A stretch of 64,000 nt of DNA from positions 4,526,001 to 4,590,000 of the forward strand of contig CAKKNE010000003.1 of assembly GCA_918797485.1 (NCBI GenBank), read 5' to 3'. The notes under the pieces are model-generated. The model searched no databases. It was not told the DNA's origin and saw only the letters and a program-made list of their open reading frames with translations. The DNA is from Pelagomonas calceolata. Its lineage: Eukaryota. Positions 10,367 to 19,176 of the stretch are shown piece by piece; position 1 is the stretch's first letter; each line of letters begins with the position of its first letter. The position numbers were made by a program, and so were the translations under genes.

Positions 10367-13282
10367 ATGGGCAGCGTGCTCTTCTGGTGCATCGCGGTCA
10401 ATGCAGCTGCGGCAGGCTGCGGTCGACGCCTCCTCCGTTCCCGGGTGATTGGGCTGATGGCAACGAAAGACGACGCGAAGGTGATGGCAGAGTGGCTGGA
10501 GCATAACATGGGTTCGCTGGCTGGGCTCGCCGTGTTTGACTCATCGCGTGGGACGGAGACGCAGTCGGTGATTGAAGCGTACGTGACGCGCTGCGGCGCC
10601 AACATCACGTACCACCGCGAGGACGAGCTCGCGGCGCCACTGGTCTCGCATTCGGACCAGGCGGTGCGGTACTGGCCGCTCCGCGCGCTCCGCGAGCGCT
10701 GGGGCGTCGGGCGCTGGGTGATGGTGGCGCACGCGGACGAATTCTGGTACCACGAGCCGGAGTTGGTGGCACGCGCTGCGGACACGCGCATGGAAGCGGG
10801 TTTGATGCCCCGCTGTCAGGTCGTCTCGTGGTACGCGCCGCAGGTCGTGCCCCACCCTTCGGAGTATGAGCGCTACATAAGGTCCAGGCGCCAACCGGTG
10901 CAGACGCTCTTTCAGCATTTCCACACGGACGCGCCGGGCGAACTCGTGAAGTTGGAGGCGCGACTGTTCCTCGACGACGGTCGCGACTATGTTGCGAACT
11001 CGACTGCACGACAGGGAACTGTACCCGCCGGCCTTACACCCTGTCGCCTGACGGGCCCGGCTTACCTGCACTACAAGGTAGTGGACCCGGACCCGGCAGT
11101 ATATGACTCACAGGGCCGGCACAGGTCGCATTGGACTGGACACGGCGCGCCCGGCGTCGGCTTCGGGCATGACGTGTCGTCGATCCGAGATTTTTTCGTC
11201 GAACACTTCCGTCGCTTCACCCGCGTGTACCGGTTTGAAGGCTGCCTCTCGGCGCTGGTCCCCGAATTTCCAGGGCTCGCCGACTTTGAGCCGCTACGAG
11301 TCGACCGCGTTTGGCCACTCGCGGTGGGAGATGGCACCGCCTGCCCAACAACACGGCTCCTCGTCGAGGTCGACGCCGCGGCGGCTGCCTACGACCAGTG
11401 GCGCGCGTCGCACTTCGACCGGCGGTTCGCCGGCGTGCGTCGCTGTCGCGTGGGCGGTCTAGAGTACCGCATCGCGGGCGGCCATAAGCGCCTCGGCAAC
11501 TGCGTCTCGACGGTTGACCACCACGCCGTCGGCTTCGACGCCGCGCCCGTGGTGCCGTTCGTGTGCCCGAGGGGCAAGCTCCGGATCCTCGGCGAGCCCG
11601 GGTCCCACAGCGAGAAGCACGTCTGCGCGCTCGACGCGCTCATCGCGCAGCCGCGGCCCTGCGTATTTATCTCGGTCGGCAGTTCGGGGAACTTCGTCTT
11701 CGAGGCGGAGATTGCGCGCCTGACACCGGCCCGGTGCGCGATCGAGACGTTCGACTGCACCGGCACTTGGTCCGTGCCCAAGGCGCTTGTCGGGCGGGTT
11801 CGCCTTCACCAGGTCTGCCTCGACACCGTCGACCACTGGGGTCCGTCGCCGGCGACGTCGGAGCACCTCCGGCGGATGATGACGCCGCCCGCCGTCGAAT
11901 TCCTAAGTTGGCCGTCGCTCCTTCGGCGCGCCGGATTGCCACCCGGCGTCCCACCTACCTTTCTGAAGATGGACTGCGAGGGCTGCGAGGCGACGTTCTT
12001 CCGCGCGCTCGCGCGCGCACCGCCCGCGCTCCGGCAGACGCTGCCACCTCAGATCGCCGTCGAAGTCCACTACCCCTTCAGAGAGGACAAATGGGCGGCA
12101 TTCTTTCGTCGTGTCTCGCCGTTTGCACGCTGGCCGCTCGAAGAGTTTGTCGCCGAGCTCCGCGCCGAACTCGGATACTTCATCGCGGACCGAAACGACT
12201 GCGCCCCACAATGCTGCTCCGAACTGCTTCTCGCAAGGACTCTCGCCCCCCCGGCACCGTCGACGGCGATCATGTCCGCCGCGTTAGCGCGCGACGACAC
12301 GAGATGCCCGCCGGGCCCGCGAGGCGGCGTCGCCGCGCTCCAGGCGCTCGAGCTCGGAACAGGGGAGGCGGATGTGCTGCTCTCAATCGTATTGCCCACG
12401 TACAACGCGCAACCGGGCGACGTACGCCGGCACGTCGTGGCCGTCGCGCGCGCGTCGCGCTCTGCCGTGGAGCTCGTCGTCGTCGACGACGGCTCAGCGC
12501 CGGCGCTTACGCCCGCGGAGGTCGGGCTGGATCGCACTGCATCGAAGATTCGCTACAGGTTCGCCCGTATTACGGTCGACATTCCCTGGAACGTCGTCGG
12601 CGCGAAGAATCTCGGTGCAGCCCTCGCGCGTGGCCGGTGGCTCCTGTTCCTCGACGCCGACATCGTCGCGCCCGCCGGCGCCATCGACGCTATGGTGGGT
12701 CGACTCGAGGCTGGGGGTGATCTCGCGGCTGGCGACGCCTGGGTGTTCGCGCGGCGGCAGGCCGGGGGCCAAATCATGGCCCGAGGACCGCACCCGGCTG
12801 TGGTACTCCTCCGGCGCTATGACTTTTGGGCACGCGTCGGAGGAATGGCCGAGGACTTTGCCGGGTCATGGGGCACGGAAGACACCCTCTTGAAAATGCA
12901 AGTGAAACTCTTGACACCTCGCCCCACCTTCGAGCCCGGCATCGTTCTTCCCGTCGCGCCCAAAGTCATTCTTGACCAGCACCGCTTGCGCTCGAGACCA
13001 AATTCCACTGGAAAACCTGCGCGCAATGGCACGCGCAACCGGTTGCTTCTCATCGATCTCACGAGAGAACGTGTCGAAAATAGCGCCACCTATGACCCGC
13101 TTGTGCAGTGTGTCCTCCGATTCCCGTACGAGCTCTTCGAAGAAGGTGGCGCGCCGGTAGTACTGGTCAACGCCAAGGTGCGCCGCGTGTCCACGTCAGC
13201 GACGACAGTGTATTGGACCGTCGTCACTACTGTGCTTTTGTTCATCGTCATGAGGTGCTGGAACGCACGCAATATCCACTGA
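10367..13282 (+). CDS. Tri-domain protein: GT2-like + SAM methyltransferase (Methyltransf_22/FkbM-like) + GT2/GT7-like, C-terminal TM
   Basis: 971-aa ORF; VMVAHADEFW; EKHVC..FISVGSSGNFVFE..TFDCT..FLKMDCEGCE; VVVDDGS, LFLDAD, GGMAEDFAGSWGTED. Confidence 0.8.
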   Translation: MGSVLFWCIAVNAAAAGCGRRLLRSRVIGLMATKDDAKVMAEWLEHNMGSLAGLAVFDSSRGTETQSVIEAYVTRCGANITYHREDELAAPLVSHSDQAVRYWPLRALRERWGVGRWVMVAHADEFWYHEPELVARAADTRMEAGLMPRCQVVSWYAPQVVPHPSEYERYIRSRRQPVQTLFQHFHTDAPGELVKLEARLFLDDGRDYVANSTARQGTVPAGLTPCRLTGPAYLHYKVVDPDPAVYDSQGRHRSHWTGHGAPGVGFGHDVSSIRDFFVEHFRRFTRVYRFEGCLSALVPEFPGLADFEPLRVDRVWPLAVGDGTACPTTRLLVEVDAAAAAYDQWRASHFDRRFAGVRRCRVGGLEYRIAGGHKRLGNCVSTVDHHAVGFDAAPVVPFVCPRGKLRILGEPGSHSEKHVCALDALIAQPRPCVFISVGSSGNFVFEAEIARLTPARCAIETFDCTGTWSVPKALVGRVRLHQVCLDTVDHWGPSPATSEHLRRMMTPPAVEFLSWPSLLRRAGLPPGVPPTFLKMDCEGCEATFFRALARAPPALRQTLPPQIAVEVHYPFREDKWAAFFRRVSPFARWPLEEFVAELRAELGYFIADRNDCAPQCCSELLLARTLAPPAPSTAIMSAALARDDTRCPPGPRGGVAALQALELGTGEADVLLSIVLPTYNAQPGDVRRHVVAVARASRSAVELVVVDDGSAPALTPAEVGLDRTASKIRYRFARITVDIPWNVVGAKNLGAALARGRWLLFLDADIVAPAGAIDAMVGRLEAGGDLAAGDAWVFARRQAGGQIMARGPHPAVVLLRRYDFWARVGGMAEDFAGSWGTEDTLLKMQVKLLTPRPTFEPGIVLPVAPKVILDQHRLRSRPNSTGKPARNGTRNRLLLIDLTRERVENSATYDPLVQCVLRFPYELFEEGGAPVVLVNAKVRRVSTSATTVYWTVVTTVLLFIVMRCWNARNIH

Positions 13283-13744
13283 GAGGGGACTGATGGATCT
13301 TGTCCCTGTCGGCGAGCCTCGTGGCCCTCAGCGCCACGTCTCTCAATTATGATACCGGAATGCGAACCTTGGCTGCCCACATTCCTGCAAAGTGTTATGG
13401 GGCACATGAGACAGCTGAAAGCTAGGCCATCCTAGAAACAAAATCAACATCCAACTTTGTGTATTATCCGAGTCGGCTCCGGTGAACATACCATCGGAAA
13501 CTTACCACTGGCAAGGAAATCAAGAAATCGAGCCGCCGCGCGAAGGCAGCAAACCCTGCGCGAGTGCGCCCACGACCCGTCGCGGGCGAAACAATTCTGG
13601 AACGTGGTGCTAGAAAACCGATGTTACCAACCCCGGGGGCCCTGGCTTCAGGCAGGTTCATCCCGGGGCCCGAACCTGTATGCATGTGTAGTGAACAAGG
13701 ATCTTTCCAACAATTTAGAGGAGAAGTCCGCAACATTATAAGGT

Positions 13745-13996
13745 CTATGGTTCTTTTTGTGTTTTTTGTTTCCTTTTCTACTGCTTCTAGACATTCACTG
13801 TAACTGAAAACTGCAATGGAAATACACGTCTAGTAGGATCCCAAGGTTCAACTGAGACGTATCCAAGCACAACCCGTACTAGGCGGAGCCTCGTGGGCCC
13901 ATAACCGTGACCTAGCAAGAGTATGTCGCAGCGTTATGTAAAGTAGTAGGGTCCTAGCTCACCAGCCAGAGGCTGGGCCAACTTGAAGCCAACTAC
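13745..13996 (-). mobile_element. Copia 5' LTR end, PBS and gag start
   Basis: TGGGCCCATAACC (interrupted by a 6-bp insertion) next to TAGCAAGAGTATG; TCTAGACATTCACTGTAA matches the gag start. Confidence 0.85.
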
Positions 13997-14287
13997 TAGC
14001 CTAAGTAGGCGCCGTAAAAACACCGGGGTGAACCTAAACTTGAAGTAAGTTCACTTCAGGCGCGTCTCTAGTGCGCGTGGTCCGGGGGCCCTGGGGTTGG
14101 CGCCCGTTGTGGCAACGGCCTCTTTTCCCACTTATAAATCTCCCAAATTTTATCTTAGCTTCACTATCCTAGTCTCATTTATCTTAGTTAAATACCCGGA
14201 TAGAATAGGCCTAGTGAATACGGTACCAGCTTGTACCGGTACTGCTAGCGGGGATCATCTTGGCTAGATCTTGGCTGCCCGCGCAAG

Positions 14288-15432
14288 ATGAGGCACGCGT
14301 GCTCCTTCGCGCTTTTCGCCACCTTCGGCCGCCTGCCCGCCGCAGCAGCGCCTGGCAAAGCCACGAAAAATCTCTGCGCGGCCGCGGTCGTCCTGCCGTT
14401 CAACGCAACGCGACCCTTTGACGCCGCCGGCCGCGCGAGCCTGGCCCGGAACCCGACCTGCACCGCGCGCTTCGGCGAGATCCGCACCGTCCGCGGGCGC
14501 CAGCGCGAGCGGCTGACCGTCGGCTACAGCTACTACTGCGACGTGCACCACTTGGAGCACAATGTGCGTCTCTGGAACACATTCCCTGCCGTTATTCTCG
14601 ACCACGTCCACTTCTTGATCGTCGATGACGGGTCTCCGGACGAAGCGCGAGCGGCGCCCGTCGTCGCTCGCAACGTGGAAGCAGCGAGCGGGTCTCCGGC
14701 GTCCCGCTCAGATTGGCGCTTTGGGCGAGCCCCATCCCCAACGCAGGCGTCACGGTCGTCGAGATCGAACAGGACCTCGCGTGGAACATTGGGGGCGCTC
14801 GGAATTTGCTCTTCGCGGTGGCACCGACCGATGTGATCTTTGTCATGGATATGGATACTTTCGCCCCATGGGAGCTCCTCGAATGGGCGATGGGGCAACT
14901 CGAGCCGGTGCGCGAGAGCTGCTTGGTCATCAACGCATTTCGGCGACTTGCGCCCCGATGCCCACTCCCGTGCCCGCATCCGGCCGTCATGCTCTTAACG
15001 AAGCTGAGCTACTGGCATATCGCCGGCTGCGATGAAGATCTCGTTGGCCGTTATGGGGGCACCGACCCCCTGTTCAGGCACAAGACCTCGGTCATGAGAT
15101 CGTGCACCACGACTCATGCCAAAAACTTGGGCGATATGCCGTTTCTCCAGGTCATCAAGCGTAATATAGGACCACGCAAGACCAAAGCGAATGGAAACAA
15201 GAAGATTGGGCTCGTCGCAGCAAAAATTAACGGCACGCGCCCGTGGGCGACGAGTGTTCTCCGCTTCTCGTGGTACGTAGCGTTCTCTACCGTACCGGCT
15301 TCGGCTTCGGTCCCGGCTCCGACTCCAGTTCTGGTCCCGGCTCCGACCAAAGCGACGTCCGGTACCCCTTTGCTTCGCAGAGGCGCGGTCTCATGGTGGA
15401 GACGCTGGATAACCAGGCGACTGAGGTCATAG
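14288..15432 (+). CDS. GT2/GT7-like glycosyltransferase with one short intron (probably 14688-14746)
   Basis: FLIVDDGS in ORF 14288; WNIGGARNL, VMDMD, PHPAVMLL, AGCDEDLVGRYGGTD in ORF 14713; resembles the last domain of 10367-13282; donor site uncertain. Confidence 0.7.
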
Positions 15433-15590
15433 GTGAATCCCTGCATTTGTGTATAGCATTTATTGCAAAGAAGAGTTCACTCATTGTTACTGTGTTTCGT
15501 GTTGATCGGGATCTCCCCAAGGCCGGAGCCCTGTTGACTCTTTGGAGTAACATTCTTCCTTACCTTCCCTTAGCTTTAATTAGAATGAGG

Positions 15591-15809
15591 TGAAAACTCC
15601 CCTAGATATATATCTTCAACGCCGTAGCCCCCTATCGCCGGATCTATGGCTACATTACTCTCGCCTATCAGCACGCTATACCAGCCGGCACGTGCCCGAG
15701 CCGGTATTTCCCTATATCCCGTATCTTCTTGCTTATCCAAGTGGATCAAGCCCGGCGCTAAGTAGCCGCCGTAAAAACACCGGGGTGAACCTAAAGTAAG
15801 TTCACTTTA
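15591..15809 (+). mobile_element. Second interspersed repeat, possibly a TG..CA LTR
   Basis: 3' part recurs at 14001-14058, 26797-26903 (-) and 30716-30731; ends in GTGAAC-N9-GTTCAC then TTCA or TTTA. Confidence 0.5.
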
Positions 15810-15879
15810 CTGGGGGGAACAGCGGGAAACGACCCTACAAAGCCCAAGTGAGGCTAGCCCCATAAGTAACCTACATGTC

Positions 15880-16253
15880 CAGGGTAGAAATCAAAATATT
15901 ATAGGAGTAAACCTCGGATATTTATGCCGCGTCAGACTGAAGTTCAACGTAAAGTTGAAGTAGAGGGAGGGGGGTTAAATCAGCAAAACCCGTCACCTAG
16001 GTCCAAAACCAGACCTAAACGGGCGAAATTCGGTGTAATAATGATCCCACAGGCCTCGAACTGTGCCTAGGGTGGTCTGTGGGGGGCTCAGGAGGCGGAT
16101 GTTGAGCATCGCGTGTTACCCTAGTTACGCGCCAGAGGGGGGGTAACGCGCGCGCGCGGAATTTTTAGGAGGTGTCTGCCGGCCGAAATGATAGTTAGTT
16201 AATTAATAATATTCCTATGGGTGCACCCAGCCCTATGTTTGATTTCCACCCTG
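15880..16253. mobile_element. Non-autonomous hAT-like element related to the introners
   Basis: TIR CAGGGTAGAAATCAAA / TTTGATTTCCACCCTG; perfect 8-bp TSD TACATGTC at 15872-15879 and 16254-16261. Confidence 0.9.
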
Positions 16254-16693
16254 TACATGTCTAGCATCCTAAGCGCAAAATCTTGCACCTGGGGTCCTGG
16301 ACGCCTGTAAATTCGGGTTTTTAGCCTCAAAAGTGCGGAGAGAGCCGCCACGCGTGATTGGCAGGCCACTGCAGAGCCTGGAAGACAACATGACCGGAAA
16401 TACAGTTATTTGCGACGCCTTACACTAAAAAAAAATTCAGGCGCCCGCTCGAAATCACACTCACGTCTGAGGTCCGCGACCGGTCTCACACTCATCCAAA
16501 CGGGTCTCACACTCACATCTAACACCCTGGTCCACCCCCTTTGTACCTGGAGCGATGCAAGCTGTAAGTGCCCGGGCAGCCCGAAAGTCAGCGCACAACG
16601 TGTCACAGCCACGGCGTGCGGACAGAACACCCGCTGCTGCCGTGGTGACGAACGGGCAGGCCAGCTCGCGCGAGCACGCTCTTTGGGCCCAGG

Positions 16694-18747
16694 ATGCGCT
16701 CGACAATGTTGATGCTGTGGGTGACGTCGACGTCGGGGACGACCATCTGCTCGACTGTGCGCGATTTGTGGGAGCGCGGTGAGCTGAGCACGCTCGCATT
16801 TGACGAGGTGATGAGGCTGGACCCCTGCCGCACCAACGTTTCGACATCATTCTCGCCTACGAGCAGTTCTCGACGGTCTCTAAAGTATTGGGGAAAATCA
16901 AATAGTAAGCAAAGTCCAGCCAAAGCGGATCCGACCAAAGCGTGGGCGTTCAAGCTGCTGGGCGCGCGCGCGGCCGAACTGGACGGCGAGTGGTCGCAAA
17001 TGCAAACGCCGACGCTGGCCAACTTCGACGTCCCGCAGTATCATTTGGCGTTCCAGGCCCTGTGGCTCGGTCTCACACGCACCCTGTTCACGGCGCGGAT
17101 CCTCCCCGTCGACCCCGCCGGCGGCAAGCACCGGAACCATCGCTGGACCATCGCGCGGTACTACATCGACAAGGCGCTGCGCGCGCCCGAGGTCAAGGCC
17201 CTCGGCGACGGCAAGGTCTGCGCCGAGGTCGGGGACAAGCACTTCCTCCACACGTACTTCCCGACCTGTGCGGAGATGCTCGCGGTCGACCTCAAGGATC
17301 CGAAGGCCGACGTCTTAGTCGACCTCGTCCATCCGGACTGGACCGACCCACGGATCAAACAGGCACACTTCGACCTCCTCGTCGTTGGCGAGGTCATGGA
17401 ACACATCGACCGGGTCGACGTCGCGCTCGCCACGTTGGTTCGCCTCCTCAAGCCGGGCGGCACCATCGTGTGGACTACGCCGTTTCTCATGCAGTACCAC
17501 GCCAATCCCGGGGACGAGAATCGCTACTCGCCGACCCGCGTCAACGCCCTGTTCGACCGCGCCGGCCTGGACACGGTGAAGTCCGACGGCGTCGGCAACT
17601 GGCTCGCCGTCACGCTCTACCTCGCTGGCTTCGGAACCGACGAAACACACTCCTCCGAGCTCGACGCGCCCGATCGCGACGGATCCCGACCGTACTGGAT
17701 CGACGTCATCGCCGTCGGCCGTAAGCGCACCTCGTCGTTGGATTCACGCGCAATGCCGACCGCTGAAACCCCGGCTCTCTCGTTAGAGGCTGCGCTGCGT
17801 CGCGTCCAGCCCGGTAGCAACAGGCGCGCCTGGAAATCCATGGTCGCCCCTGCCAAGTTGCAGCATCTCTACGAATCTGTGCTGCACAATATTTCCGTGG
17901 CGGAGCACCCTGTTGATGGTGCCTTTGTTGAGTGTGGTGTGTGGCGGGGTGGGGCCACCATGATGATGTTGTACGCGGAATTTGCAGCCCTCTCCCGCGA
18001 CGGCAGCCACCCCCATCGAGATGTCTGGCTCTTTGACACGTTTGAGGGTATGCCCGTGCCCGGCAAAAGGGACGGTAGTCGTGCCGCTCGTCGCTGGGAC
18101 AACGTGCAAGCATCTATTGCAAACAACAGCGCTGCGCGGGAACGGACTGCTGGCTGGAGTGCTGAGGACATGGCCACTGGTGGCGATGGGGGAGAATACG
18201 TCGATACCAGCGGCCAGGTGCGATGGAATTATGGGCCCATCGACATCGTACGAAAGAACATAGAGAGCACGACATATCCGTCCGAGCGTGTCCGCTACAT
18301 CAAGGGAAAGGTCGAGGACACGCTCACGAGCCCCGGCCAGGTACTTCCGCAGAAGATCGCACTGCTCAGGCTCGACACGGACTGGTACAAGTCAGTGCAT
18401 GAATCAAGTTCCAGGCGCCTTCGATGCGCACCACGACAGTATGTCTACTGCCGTACACCCGCCCAGCCAACGCGGTCGCATTGTTGAAATGACTTTGAGC
18501 CCTCGACTCAGCTGGTTTATTTGCACACAGGTACAAGTCGACCAAGACGGAGTTCGAGGTTCTCGTACCGCGGCTGTCCCCTGGCGGGCTGCTAATAGTT
18601 GACGACTACTGCGCGTGGCAGGGCGCACGCCAGGCAACAGACGAATTCCTCGCCACGCAAGGCACCAACTTTTTTATCCAGCACATAGGTAAAGGCGACG
18701 ACGGCGGCCGGCATGGTGTGTGCTTCGCAATCTGGAAAAAACGGTAG
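16694..18747 (+). CDS. Class I methyltransferase + TylF/MycF-like O-methyltransferase fusion; intron 18385-18530
   Basis: FDLLVVGEVMEHI..LLKPGG; FVECGVWRGG, WLFDTFEGMP; splicing gives LLRLDTDWYKST..GGLLIVDDY; start uncertain. Confidence 0.8.
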
Positions 18748-19176
18748 CCTCCAGTCCTTTTCCTCGTCCATGGATAAAAGTAGCATAGGAATTTTTATAC
18801 TTCATGTCCCTTGCTGACGGATGACACATAAAATATACTAAGGGCCCCACTGGCATGCCTTTGCTGGAGTAAGTGCTCAGGCTGAGGCTCAGAGGCTGGA
18901 GTGTTGCTCTTGGGAAGCCGGGGGCGTGGGGCGAAGCTGCCAAGCGGCGTGGTGTGGAGCTCTGCCTCGCCTCCTCAGTCCTCGATTTCTAATTTATTTA
19001 TTGCTTTGCTAAAGCTAGCTGCCTAGCCACCTCGCCAACTTGAACGACGCGGGGCCTGCTTGACCGCACCGCACGCCCGTCCCGCCCCGGCCCTCATACA
19101 CTGTCTCGCCCCTAGTGTTAGATTTACTTATCATATGATTCACTGGCACGTTTATTTATCTGGACAGGTCCCGGAC

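Noticed and set aside
13440..13741. Possible copia internal coding fragment
   Set aside because: It adjoins the gag start, but I could not recognise an integrase, RT or RNase H motif.
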